DNA of 63,935 nt, the filler included, from Reticulomyxa filosa (Eukaryota > Protista > Foraminifera): the NCBI GenBank assembly GCA_000512085.1. It is 14 parts of 14 records of this genome, joined end to end, with 100 filler letters (N's around TTAATTAATTAA, not from the genome) between each part and the next. Parts side by side here need not be neighbours in the genome. Positions count along the whole stretch, not along the records: positions 15,671 to 28,348 come from ASPP01001165.1; positions 28,449 to 31,017 come from ASPP01020286.1; positions 31,118 to 43,011 come from ASPP01018831.1; 11 more parts are not named here. One strand, given 5' to 3'. Shown here piece after piece: positions 25,850 to 39,803 of the stretch. The position numbers and the translations under genes are program-made. Within the stretch, counting starts at the first letter, position 1; each line of letters begins with the position of its first letter. The notes below the pieces were generated by a model. The model did no database searches. It had not been told where the DNA came from and saw only the letters and a list, made by a program, of their open reading frames with translations.

Positions 25850-28348
25850 TAATACGAAAAGATTTTACTCGAATTGAGAGTGGCTTTCAGTAAAACAAAA
25901 CACAGACTACCAGTTCCAATATTTATATAATCAATATTGGAGCGAGACAGGAAGGTCAGGAATTCTTTGCAGACGAGACCCCACTCAACCAAGAGATTGA
26001 TGTTCCAACACCCGTACAAATTTGACATGTTGGGATATTAGTCATGTTGGGTTGAAGTTTCATGTCCAGGTCAAAATAAACCGTTGTTATTTTGCAGTGT
26101 CTATCGCAACATTCAAAATACATTGCAGTCACTGGAGAAGATCAATTTCCTTTTAATACCAACGCATTCCACCTGTGTTACTTCCAAAAAGAAGTGTTAG
26201 CTGCCAGGCAAATATCAGAACACATCATAATCGGAGGGGACTGGAATGCACATCATCCAGCTTGGTTGGATAAAAATATTGATGAAATGGGAGAAGCAAT
26301 TCTTGAATTTATCACATCGAACGATTTGCACATCTTAAATTCATTTCCATTTGATTGCACATATCAAAACAATAACGCATCATCCTGCATTGATATTACA
26401 TTATGTTCCTCATCATTGGTGGGACTTTGCAGTAATTGGAGGACAGTGATGATGAATTGGATGTACACTCTGATCATCTTCCAATCACATTCAATATTCT
26501 TGCACAATGAGAATTACTCCTGAAACTATCGTAGTCTATTCATAAATCATTTAATAAAAAAGGATTGACATACTCAACAATGTTGGACATCTCAGCAGCG
26601 TATGACAGTGTTTGGCGTGATGGACTACGTTCCAAAATGAGGCACGAATTTAACCTGCATGGAAGACTATACTGGTGTATTGACAGTTTTCTATCAGACC
26701 GATTCGGACAGGTCGTCCTGAATGGAGTGAGTTCCTCAATGTACGAATTTAGCACAGGAGTACTTCAGGGATCGTCATTGTCCCCTTTATTGTTCCTGTT
26801 GTACATTAATGATCTCACAAAGGAAGTCCATTAACCGATTCAATGTGGCATGTTTGCAGATGATGTGGCATTGTGGACATCTATTTATACGTCAAATATG
26901 GACGAAATGAGCAACCAAATACAGCAACTACAAAGTAGTCTTGATGGAATATCTTCATGGCTTCCAGATGGAAGATGCTGATGTCACCAGACAAATCACA
27001 GTGTATCAAGCTTCGTCAAAAGAACAAGCGAAAGTATCCACCATTATCACTCCATCTTGTGGATGCAAAAATTCCAGAAACAAATCAAGTCAAGTATTTG
27101 GGATTAATAATGGACTCCCAATTGAATTATCGTGATCACATTAACTATGTTTACGGCAAGGCAGCAAGGAAACTTGGTTATTTGACATTCCTTTGTTCCT
27201 ACAAAGGAATCAGACCCAGTTTGAGTGTCTACAATCTATTGTACAAGACAATTATTCGGCCAAATTTGGAGTATGCATGTGCATTCTGGAATGGCGCAGC
27301 TGAAAACACAAGAAAATATTGGAAAGAATCCAAAGAATTGCGATGTGCAGGATACTGGGTGTCATGCAAATCACTGCTTATGATACAGTAAATATTATCG
27401 CGCAAATGCCTTATTTGGAATTGAGAAGGCAAGAAGAAGAATTGAAGTTATTTCAAAGATGTAAAATATTCTCAGATAGGTTTCCAAATCACAATCTGAG
27501 CCAAGCATACCAATTGTGGAAAAGAGATCACGATGTCCAACCTGGAAAACGTTTCTGTTGGCTGGGAAAACTTTCATCTCTATCACTGGCTCGAATTAAT
27601 ATTTCATCAGCTGAATTGGAAGGATTTGACATTACTCTCAAGTCGGGGCAAACACACATTTGTACTTCAACACATGTGTCCGTTACCCCACATTCAACAA
27701 AGTCTCCATTTCAAAGATGGAGTGTGCCAACACCAAGTCAAATATTGGCTTCATTGGACGAAAATTGCGTCGTAGTATTTGCAGATGCCAGCACAATGCC
27801 CAACCCTGGTATTGGATGGGTTGGGTTGTTTATACAAGACCAATCACTTTCGAATTGGCTTGAATTTGAAATTCCGATTCAAGGAATTACCACAAGTATT
27901 GGCTCCGAAATTCAGGCCATAAAAATTGCACTGGAATATGTGGCGAAGAATTACCAATAAAGAAACGAAAGAGTGATAATTTTGAGTGATTGCAAATTTG
28001 CAGTTAACGCAATATGCAACAAATGGGATGCAGAAATGTACAAAATGCAAGTGAAACAGTGCCAAACGATGATGGCTCAAATGAGAAATGACGATGTGCC
28101 GGAGATCTACTGGGTCCCAGGACATTCAGGAATTCCAGGCAATGAAAGAGCGTATCAAGTGGCAAAGCGTGCAAGAGGAAGTGCTGAAAGAAAACACCTG
28201 AAATTTGCAGGAGACCTGACAAGGGTGCACCTTTTCTAATTGTGCATGGTTTGAATCCTTATTTTACATCATTGTGGAATAGACATTGGACAAACGAAGG
28301 CAATGAACATCCTCACAAGCATCCCAAAAAGTACCTATGTAACCTCGT
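25850..28348 (+). mobile_element. Decayed non-LTR (LINE) retrotransposon: APE endonuclease, RT and RNase H
   Basis: APE: IIGGDWNAHHPAW, SCIDITL. RT: LDISAAYDSVW, GVLQGSSLSPLLFLLYINDL, FADD, KYLG, LYKTIIRPNLEYA. RNase H: FADAS, EIQAI, ILSDC, WVPGHSGIPGNERA. Multiple stops and frameshifts. Confidence 0.95.
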
Positions 28349-28448
28349 NNNNNNNNNNNNNNNNNNNNNNNNNNNNNNNNNNNNNNNNNNNNTTAATTAA
28401 TTAANNNNNNNNNNNNNNNNNNNNNNNNNNNNNNNNNNNNNNNNNNNN
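28349..28448. other. Artificial contig linker
   Basis: N44-TTAATTAATTAA-N44. Confidence 0.98.
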
Positions 28449-28937
28449 TTTTTTAAAAAGTATCTACGTGACTTGAATATTCCTAAAATGAAAACAAAAG
28501 ATTTCATCAAACAAAAAAAAAAGTTATTAAAAAATCAATTTCATATTTAAAAACTACAAGATTTGTACATATTTTTTAAAAAAAAATTAAGTCTAAATGT
28601 TGATTTTTCATGGAGAAAATCAATTATCATCATATTATATCGTTTTATGCGTTCAGTTTTCTTTTCAACATACTGTATTTATAATTTGCTCATTTCACTT
28701 TTTATGTTGTTTAATGTCATTTTAATGAATAAACTCAAAATGGAATTTATAAGATTACATTTTATCGTTTAGTTACATACTATATTAAAAGTCTTTTTGA
28801 AGTAACATTTTGTTTTTGTGTTTATGATTACATTATCATATTTGTATAAGGTGTACAACTTTGAGCTTGAAAAAATCCTTTTTTGCATTGATCATGAAAT
28901 TAAATTTCTTTTTTTTTATAGCGTTGAGTTGTCGCAT

Positions 28938-30868
28938 TCATGACTGCATTTCCTCTAAATTTCTCACGGTTGGTGTACGCGATTGTGTGGCATTTTGTTG
29001 AATTGCAATGTGATGAGGGAGTTGAAATTCCACACAATACATATATTTATTTGCTGAAACATTTCTCACAAATCGAATATTTCTTTTTAAATTTGGTGTT
29101 TCGCCTAAAAACTTTTTCAGTCTATCATCAATACTTTCTTCAAATGCATTGGAAGGTGCAAAACAATAACAATGAATTACAGGTAAGCCATATATTTCGA
29201 CTTCTTTTTCAGTATAACTTCCAGCAAACATATCTTTTTTTAAAAAAAAGAATATATTTTTAGTTTGACAAAAGAGCAATGAAAAAAAAGAAAAGAAAAA
29301 AGAAAAAAAGATACAAACCTAAAAATTGAAGTGCTGACGCTGGTAAATTCATGATAACATGATCAACAAATCTATTTTTTGAGTTATCAATGCTCTTCCA
29401 ATCAAACAGATTATTTGCACATTTCTTCTTATTGTTATTATTATCATTCTTTTGTTCTTCATCATTGTTTATATTAGTTTTTTTAGATTTTTTGTTATTG
29501 CTTTTTTGAATAATGTTTACATTTGCTTTTTGTCTTTCTTCAATTTTATCATGAATCGTTTGTGCAATGAAAGATTTCTTAAGACATACGAATTCATTCC
29601 AAAATTGGCGCGCATCCATATTTCCACATTGAATGATATTATCTTCACATTTATTAAGTGTAATATTTTGTTGCAAGTAGTGGAATGAATCAGGATTGAG
29701 ATCATTGCATAACGCAAAGCAATGTCTATTTTTAATCGAAGGAATAACAAATGGACCAACTCCTGCCATCAAATCCACAATACATGAACCAGGTGTAAAT
29801 TCATTACACAATCTCTCGTGTTCAGTGCCCAATCGAGAATTCCAATATACTTTGCTAAAATCAATACGAAATTGGCATTCATTTTCTTTCTAAAAGGTAT
29901 TTATGTATACATATACATTTATATATTTATATATTTATATATTTATTTATATATTTATTTATTTATTTATTTGTAACTACAATAGTAATCATTGAAGGAT
30001 CACCAGCTAATATTTCCATTGGAAATACTCGATATTTATTCGAAGTTGGAGCAGTCTTGTTTACAATTGTTTTTACATTTTCAAGTTTCTGAATTTATAA
30101 TTTTGTAATTTTGTAATTTTGTAATTTTTAATTTTGTGTTTAAAAGATTTTTCAAATAAAACTTAACATCTAAAAACACTTGTCCAATGATTAATTTGTA
30201 TGGTAATTGTTCGTCTCTCAGATTAAAATGAGCAATGTGTCCAATCAATTCGTAACTGGTTGGGATTATTATATTCTTGGGCAATAATTTACTCAATACA
30301 TCGTGGACACTTAAATCATCATAGGTTAATCTCAAAGATTGATCCGTTATTAATTCAATTTTGTGTTGTGTCATTATTTCTTTTATTGTCTCAGGAATAT
30401 CTTTCATTTTTTAGATTATATATGTATATATACTTATTTATTTATTTATTTATTAAAAAATAAAATACATTATTACCATTCAGACTTTGAATAGATTCTT
30501 TCAATAGTAATAATTTATGCGTTTTTGCATTATTCAAATCTTTTTGAAAAGGCTGTTTTCGTTTGTGTTGCAAAGAATAACTTTTTATTATTTATTTTCA
30601 TATAATTTGTTCAAACACACAAACATTAATTTTTATTGTTTATTGTTGATTATTTCATATCCCATTTTTAAAGTCCTCCCCCCCTCTTTTCCTCTCATTC
30701 AGTTTCATACTCTTTTAACACTGGAACCAATTCGTTGATTGACCGAACAGGGATTCGAAACGCCACTAGAGGCAGTCCGAGACGCTCCTTATCTTTTTCT
30801 GACAAGGGAGGATTGACAGATTCCGTAGAGTCAACATTTTTCACCTCATCCTTATTATTCTCTGACAT
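28938..30868 (-). CDS. TRM5: tRNA (guanine37-N1)-methyltransferase Trm5, multi-exon
   Basis: IPTSYELIGHIAHFNLR, DFSKVYWNSRLGTEHERL, DLMAGVGPF, NDLNP, VIMNLP, IHCYCF, VRNVSANKYMYCVEF. Confidence 0.95.
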
Positions 30869-31017
30869 TTTTGTTAGCGAGAGTTTCAATTTGCTTGTTC
30901 CTTTTTTCACTACACAAAAAATTAACTACATCAACAATCATGTTCCAAAATACATTTAAAAAGAGGTGTGTCCAAGAAGAACTGAATAAAACAGTCTAGC
31001 TTTTGAGTGTAGTGCTG

Positions 31018-31117
31018 NNNNNNNNNNNNNNNNNNNNNNNNNNNNNNNNNNNNNNNNNNNNTTAATTAATTAANNNNNNNNNNNNNNNNNNNNNNNNNNN
31101 NNNNNNNNNNNNNNNNN
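31018..31117. other. Artificial contig linker
   Basis: N44-TTAATTAATTAA-N44. Confidence 0.98.
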
Positions 31118-31499
31118 GGACCTGGTAGTACTCAACGAGTTCTACAAAAGTGGGTTTTGGTAAGCTAGAATGTTTACCAAAAGAAAAGAATGCAGCAACA
31201 AAAGATTCAGTAGAAGATAAAAATAAAATTTTTGGTTTTATATTGAAATTGTTTGTACAGCGTTTGGCGCTATAATCATGTCGCTTTCGGTTAGCAGGGA
31301 GATATGTTTGTGCGAGTAAGATTTAGAAAGGGACATGAACTGAAGCATATCTGTTGAAATTGCTTGGACCACTCATTAGTAGACGATTCGTCAATATATT
31401 TTGTTGTCGATTAGACATATTGTTAGTGAAAGTTAAGTCAGACCGTCATCGTCGTTATCATCATTTCACTAGTCAAAAACAGGTTTGGACGAAAAGCAT

Positions 31500-32950
31500 T
31501 GGCGTCGACTAATGGTAATTGTGTCCGTCTGTGATTGCCCATTGTCGCGATCATCTTCATTAAGGGATCTTGGCAAAGTCTACATGCTCTACTATGCACA
31601 GCTCTCGCTGACAATATGATAGTTCATGTTCACTTGCATTTGCACTTTCGACTTTTCAACAATCACTCTTATTTGTATCATCCTGATCGCTTGTTTGCCC
31701 AATTCAATCATATTGTTGCGATAAAGATTGATTAAACACGTTGTAAATTGCGTAAACATCCAATATTTATGTCCTGACGTTACTTGTACGACATTCACAT
31801 GTATCGCCTTGCTGCTAAACGTACTTAACCTTGCTTGGTCCTTCAATTTTGATGTTAACATTTCAATACCAATGTCTCCCACTCCGATTGTAAGATCTCA
31901 TTGATTGAATGACTTGCAAGTCAACTGCATCACAAGTTGTAAGCAACACATTGATATTATCATATTTGAGTTAGTCCAAAAGAAAGAAGACAATAAAATC
32001 AATAACTGGAAAGAAGAACATTGCTTATGCACAAGTTGCAGTACATATAATCTGATGATCAACGACGTAAACGATTACACCGTCAACTGTTGCGTTTTTC
32101 TGGTGCCGACAAGGGGGGAACATCGTTGCCGTTGGTGGTTTCCCCAATGTGTTGTTATTACTGCTAGTGTTAATACTATTCGCATTAGTATTGACATTAC
32201 TGCTAGCATTAGTGTTGATTGTGTATTCGTATTGTTGTTATTTGCCGTGTTTTTTTAGGGCGTCTTTGTTTCAATTTAGCTTGGCAGAATGCTCACTTTC
32301 TTGCTTGTAATATTCTGCAACATAGTCGATCTCATCTGTCCACAGATACGCCTCATTCGACTATTCGCTGTTGTGTTCCGTTATTTTGTCCTCACTGTTC
32401 GTCTTCTCTTCATTGTTCCGATTTCGATGAATATCACGAACAAATAAACTCAAATTTTTTTGTTTGTTTGTACTTTAAATTTTTTTTTTGAATTGAACAA
32501 AAATTTACTGTCGTACGTAACCATTGATCAGAGTATTGGTCGTTTGATCGATTTGTAATTTTGCTATCGGACTTTTTTTTAGTGTTACTGCTGTTTGCCT
32601 CTTTTTTGAGACTGGATTGTAATTATAATTGGATTTGTCTGTGCCAATTGCAGTCGTCTTGGTCAGATATGAAATTAAAGCCAAAATAGGAGATAAAATT
32701 GTATGTTTATCTTCAAATCCGATTCTAGCACATTACGTAGATGTGCGTATATCGGTGTTGTTGACGCGGGCGTGAGCGCGGGCACGGATATGGTGATATG
32801 TGTTTTCTCCAATTTGGACTTGATAAGAGTGCCATTTTCTCATCTTTATTTGGTGTCACCGGAAAGCTTTGTTGATTGGTCAATGATGTCGTCAATGTAT
32901 TGTGTGTAGTCAACAAGCAATAAATTCTATTTATAATTATATATGCACAT
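31500..32950 (-). pseudogene. Degenerate spliced gene remnant of unknown family, directly downstream of the ubiquitin repeats
   Basis: Protein-like frame EAYLWTDEIDYVAEYYKQESE and an Asn/Thr-rich run, interrupted by TAG/TGA/TAA; intron-like AT tracts. Confidence 0.35.
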
Positions 32951-32999
32951 ATATGTATATGTATACACGTATACACAATCATTTTCAACCGGTCATGTA

Positions 33000-33472
<473 letters not shown>

Positions 33473-34743
33473 CGCTATTATCTTTTCTTTCAACTAAAAT
33501 GATAAAAAAAAGTGCAAATAGACTTTTTTTTTGGAAGAATCTTCACCTCTTGGTCCCTTTGCTTTTGATGAAGTGCTTTAAATTATCAATCAAAATTCTA
33601 ATAAGAATTCATTTGCAATTTGTCGTAAAGTCAACACAATTTCAAATATACTCAATTCTTATTATTATGTATAATTTTAAGGAAGAAAGTTGCACCTGAA
33701 ATGTCAACTTTTGAGATATTACAGTAGTAATGTTTGAAATGTATTTTAAAAATTGTAATTTCGTTGGAAAAAGTGAAGACTATTTCAGTCATTAAAATTG
33801 ACACAATTTACTTTATTTTCTTTTTTTTTGTAAACTTCAGTGATGGACAATAACTTAAATTTTTTTTATATAAAAAACTCATTACTTTGCCAAGTTTACC
33901 TTGTATAACATTTTAATATAAGTCAATCTGCATTGAAAATTCAAAATATTTTGGTTTTTAATAAAAGTGTAAAAAAATTATGTTGTAATAGTTTTTTGGC
34001 ATTGCGAGAACATTGATCATGTTGAAATAAAGATTTCTTTTTTAAAACCAAAAAGAAAGTATTTTAGTTGCAATTGCCTTTGTCAGCTAATAGAAGCCAA
34101 AGTGAAAGTACAGTTATTGATAAACTGTCGCTACCTTTGCTAACTGTTCACTCGGCCACTAATGAATTATTATCTATTAAAGACAACAAACAAAAGGAAC
34201 ATACTTTGCACACGAATGCATTGTCGTCTGCTAATTATAACAAACAAACAAAATGACCTCGACCACGAATAAATTATTGCCTGTAAACAAAAAAAACAAC
34301 TGATTGATCACGGTCACATGCAAAATGATACTTCGAACACGAGCGCCTTGTCATCACATTCGCAAAATAATGTTGTATGTGTTCATGATAGTGTCCTTTT
34401 AATATGTAATTGTGGCAAACAACCACATATCAATAATGAACGATAAATTATTAGCGCAAATTCACATGAAAGAATCGAATTCTGTAACAAAATAGACTTT
34501 AAATACAAATATGGTGGATATATTTATGTTGCAGTTAAATTAGATTGTTCAATCACAAGACTTGAATGTACAAAACAACTCCAAGCACTTGGTCTTCCTG
34601 AACAAGTGTAAATGCATTCTAACTCCAAAATGATAATTATGAAGAAATACAATGATAATATTTCTGAAACTATAAAAGCGTTCAGGATACAAAAGGAACT
34701 TTATCCGAGATGTGGAAAAAACCTATGATTCAAAGTCATTTTA

Positions 34744-36384
34744 ATGATTGCCTACATATCCCTCCCCGCCACTAGCAAGAACTTGGTGAGCTATGTCAAC
34801 CTAGCAAAAAATATCCGCAATAAGCCTATTGTGAACATAGACCTCCTCCCAAAGCAAGGAAACTCTGGATTTGAAGGTGAACAAATTAATCAATTGAAAG
34901 CCGATTTATGTGGTTCCAATGACAAGGCCATTTGTGAATATATATATTTTATACATATATAATAAATATAAACAAAGAGCAACTTGTGTGGACGTGAAAT
35001 GCAGATCTTACTGTTACAAGAGAAAAGACAGTCAAAAGTTCAGTTTTAAAAAGTTTTAATTATGGATTTAAATCAGACACCACATTCGTACGTGTTTTCT
35101 ATCTTTTTTTTTGTTATTATGAAACAAGTTTTGGCAACCAAGGTACAGGATACCATGTTGTTGCATCCGGTTATGCAATTCAAAACGGACGGTCTTAGTC
35201 TTTAGGGTGATGAAGATTCTTATGACACCAATGACAATGATAGCAATAACAAGAATAGTAATGATAAACAAGAACAAACTCCAGGTCGTGCTAACGTTAA
35301 CCACTATTACTGAAAGCAATAACGAAGGCAAAAAGCCCACACAACACTCGCAAAAAAAACTAATGACAAAACGAACACGTAAACCAGTACAGGAAAAACA
35401 AAGAGCAAGCAAAAAAAGAAAGATGAGGTCAAGTCGTCGACAATCGAACTTAGTCTACAAGTCCAAGACATTGACAACGTGTTCAGAGAATCCAAAGTCT
35501 ACTTTGAGTACATCATATTCAAAGACATGCTGAAACGAAACGAGTACAAGCAATTGAATGATGTCATCTTTAAAGTGCAAATTCACTATGTTCGACGGAC
35601 GGAGGTTCGTTTCTCATATATATGTACATATACATATATGTTTATGTACTTTTTCTTTCTGTCTTCTTTTGTAACAAAAACAAAACAAAAGCTAAAATGC
35701 TACTAGTAATTCGGAAAAAAAGTCAATCACTCGAAACAAGAAAGAGCTGTTGAATACCTTGTACATGGATTTGCTTGCTGGTACATACTCTTTTCCTCTT
35801 TTTTATTTTGTAATATTTTAGGAAATTTATAAAATATATATGTATGTCCCTACAGCAAACGCTTCAAGAAGGAATGCAATGCTTTGTGAATCAGGTGTAT
35901 ACTTCTTTGGCAAAACATTTGTGGGTTCCTTTCTTGTCTTTCTTAAAATTTTGTGTATACATAAGTATACGTTGACGTGACATTGTTTTTTTCATCTCTT
36001 CTTCTTGTTCTTGCTAACATGAAACTACGATGCTGCACGAGGTATCGGATCATTTTTTTTTGTTTTTTTTTTAGGATGCATCGAAGATATTCAACACAGC
36101 ATTCAAAAATTTATGTTTTAATGCTTGAATGTCTGAATGTTTGCAAAGCGAATATTATCACCAATGCAGTATGGATGAATCGTAATGCGGTCAACAAGGA
36201 ACAAGCCACATTTACATCCGCTTTTGTCAATAACAACCTTCAAATTGACAATATGATGCAAGCACAGCAAATGCAAGAAAGAGAACAAAATGTAAGACAC
36301 CAGTCCAGTAAATCCAAAAAAAAGGCAAGTGCACGCCAAAGAGATGACGACTTTTCCGCCGCGATGTACGACGCATTAGACTAA
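34744..36384 (+). CDS. Hypothetical multi-exon gene, possibly degenerate
   Basis: Protein-like blocks (DIDNVFRESKVYFEYIIFKD; MHRRYS...AAMYDALD*) separated by GT-AG AT-rich introns; some frame breaks. Confidence 0.35.
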
Positions 36385-37321
36385 ATCTACGAAGTATCTG
36401 ATTAGATAATGTATTTTTTGTTGTCTCGATTCAACAATGACACTTCCTATTTTGTTTGTGGATGGCAATAGTTCAAGTATCTTTTCATTAAACAGTCTAA
36501 AATTATCCACTTTGAATGGTTGCTTTTTGTTCGAAGAGTTTTCAGAACATTCAAAAATTAAATTTTTTTCTGACATAATTTAGGCATTCGAAAATTTTCT
36601 TTTTTAAAGAACAACCCAATTCTTTCATTTCATTGTTTGTCGGTGTGTGTGCTCCAATACATTATCTTTCGTTTTGAGGAACTAGTGTTAATACAATCTA
36701 CAGCACATGTTCGAAATTTTATTTTTTGCAAGATATTATTTTTTCTTTGGGCAGAAATTTTTTGAATTACGTTCCACAAAAACAACAAGTTAAGATTGTC
36801 GGCGTTAAAAAACACCTGATTTTTGCTTTGTTGCTTTTATTTCGGCATTTGTTGTCGTTTTTTCGGCAATTGATTTATTTTGATTTGTGCAACCACAGTT
36901 TCTGGAGTGGTGATGAAACCCCATCACCCAACTCCCAGGACTAGCAAAGATTTTTCTTTTGTTCTTTTATTTAAACAATCAATTCAAATTTTTTTTTTAA
37001 CAAAAGTTGTAAGTGTGATTTCATTGGTCGGTTATAAAGTGATTTTTTTTTAAGTTCGCAAATGTGTTTTATTTCCAAAAGTTTTTTCTGTTTGCGAAGT
37101 ACCACATACAAAAAATTATTATCCTGGTTTAAAAAAATTTGCATCTTATTGAAAGAAAATTTTGTTTTGGATGAATAATTAAAAATTATTGCGACGTGCA
37201 ATTGTGAACGAATTTGCTAAAAAAAAAAAGCAAAGAAACTCGTAAGGATTGTTCAAAATGTGGTCTCTCTTAAAGGCATGACAGAGTTATTTTGCACTCA
37301 ATAAACTGTTTCTTTTCTCAA

Positions 37322-38901
37322 CTATTTCGGTAGTCTTTTGAAAATGTGGAATTTCGAGCTGCAAAGGTGGAACGGAAGTCCTCGAACATTGGTAACAAAA
37401 TAGCCAGGATGCCATTGAGAATAAAAATTCATTGAAGAATGCCACTTTAATTGTGGGACACTGTAAACGGCTTTGTGTATTTTCCACGTGTAAAATTGGT
37501 CGTGATTGATCTTTAATTTAGACCAGTACGTGTCACTAACGGAGCACATCTTCTTGACGCTGCTTGCACGAACATGAGGAGAGGCGACACAATCTAAATC
37601 GTTCACATGTAAGGAAATCATTATTTTACCTGTGTCAGGATTCAAATATCTCCAAGAACTACGCAAGAAATTTGTGACCAGTTGTTGGTTTACCTTTTTC
37701 CATCGATGATCTCCATCTTCGGGCTCTACCTTTTATTTTCAAGACAATTGTACTTTGACTTACAACTCGGAGCCAGAAAAAAAAAAAGATAAAATATGTG
37801 CATATGCAAATATTCGCTATTGTAAAACATGAACTCTGCTTTGAAACTACATTTTCTCTTGTTTTTTTTAAAAAAAAATATCATACTTGTGGGAAATTGA
37901 AAATGATCCGATCAAAAAAATCGAAATACGAAGACTGCGAAGATTGAGAGTGAGACGGAGTAAGATTCGGACTTGTAATGTTATGTCCAGACGAAAGGAA
38001 GTGCCTCTGAAACTGTGTATCCTGTTTCAAGGATTGAAAGAAGTGATCCAAGTTGGTGGCATCAACGTCACAAGCAAAGTTTACATCGGTCAGGTTATAA
38101 AGCGCTGCGCATGTGTGCATGTCATTAACGATTTGTGCGATATCGTGCTGAGCATACTTTTGCACCAAGACATCGACCGTGGGTTGATAGCACGTGGAAA
38201 ACAAGGTTAATTTGTGATTGCATATAAACGGCCACATAAACATAAGACTCCTAGAAAATGAAAAGTTGCCATCTCCAACCACCAAGATACGTGTGGCCTC
38301 TCCATTGAGGCTGTTACTATGGACAGGATACAATTGACGAAGGTACGAAAGTTGTTGTTCAGACAAGTATACGTCTGCTGCCGTGCGTGTGTGATCGCCA
38401 ATGGCTATGGCATCGCCGGCGGCAACAGTAAGGGAACGTATACGTTGCAAAGATTGACGTATGTACGTACACGAAAGGTCATTCGCATGTGCAGCGACAA
38501 ATGACGTAGTGCGAACCTCAAGCAAGTGTGGGTCAATCCCACAAATAATGCGACAGAGGTCATTTGGATTGGAAACAACCCACTCATTCAAAACAACTCG
38601 TTTTGTCTCAAAGTTTAAAGTGAAGCAGCCAGTGCAAATCTGTTGCAATTTTTTGGCCTGCGTGACTGAGCACAGATGCAAAGAAAAGTGAAAAATTTTT
38701 AAAATCGGCTCAATTTCGGCACGACGTTCACCAACAACAAAACTTTTGTCAAAACAATAGCTTAAGGTCAGCCAACTGTGCAACCAATGATAAAGTCCAC
38801 TCCCAATAAAATAGTGCAAAAACAAATTGATTTCCTTGTTGCAAACAAACACTGCCGCTTTTCCAAATTCTTCACTTTGCTCTGTCCATTTTTCATACCC
38901 C

Positions 38902-38932
<31 letters not shown>

Positions 38933-39556
38933 GGGACGTCCATAAACGGTATTGACCTTCCACATAATCCAAAATCAATCGCAATGTCGTTCGCTTCGTT
39001 TTGATACTGGTCTCATCTCCTCGATTTGGTAAAAAATTGTGGTCCATTACTTTGTTTATAAATAGCGTTGGAGACGCTGCTAACAGCTGCTGCAACAGAT
39101 TGTACGACCTGCTTCGCCATGCAGCGTCGGCACTTTGGCACTGTACGTATAACCTTAACATATTTGGTTGTGTCAGCAATGATGTCACAGTCAAGTTTTT
39201 TCGGCTTGTGGCATCCAACCCTTTTAATCCACGGCTTGGTTTAGTAAGGATTCCTTTCCCACGTTTGTTACCACTTCCTGCAGGTGTTAAGGGACACTTG
39301 TTTTTTTTTAAATTACAAAAAGTGTACTTTTAGCAGGGTGTAAAAAAAAAAAAACACAAATATTCTTTTTTCAAAAAAAAGAAAATGTCACTCAGTTAAC
39401 TGTCCACAAAATAAATTGGTCCAACAGCTTTTGATTGTTTGGAGAAAGGTCTGGTTGTCCAAATTCCTCAAGACATTTCTCTACATCTTTTCGAGGTGTT
39501 AGACTTTCATGGTCACCGCTGTCCTTAAGCAGCTTTTCCGCAAATTCGTTCATCAT
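37322..39556 (-). CDS. BMT5/FDXACB1-type (DUF2431) rRNA uridine-N3 methyltransferase-domain protein with a long N-terminal extension
   Basis: RILVVGDGNFSFSRSL, CDVDATNL, FDRIIFNFPQV, NQQLVTNFLRS, GKIMISLH, QFYTWKI, HPGY. Confidence 0.88.
38901..38932 (-). repeat. (CAA)n poly-Gln coding microsatellite
   Basis: (tgt)n run on the + strand; poly-Q in the 37881..39218 ORF. Confidence 0.9.
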
Positions 39557-39803
39557 CTATTTATCAGTACACTTTCGAAAAGCTCGTTCTTTACTTTTAC
39601 TCGTGGAACCCCGAACAGAAATTGTGAAAACATAAGGGGAAGTAAAAAAAAAAATGATATAATAAGCGTCGGACTAGTTAAAAAGACTACAAAGTGAAGG
39701 GGATACCTTTTATTATGATTTGTTTGGATTTGATCATAACGCGAGGTTTTCGAAGAGCCAATAAAAGGGAAAGTGATAAAACCACCAAAAAAAAAAAAAA
39801 GTG

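Noticed and set aside
31500-32450. In-frame stops as evidence for an alternative genetic code
   Set aside because: TAA, TAG and TGA all terminate intact conserved genes here. The interrupted regions contain all three stops plus frameshifts, which indicates decay.
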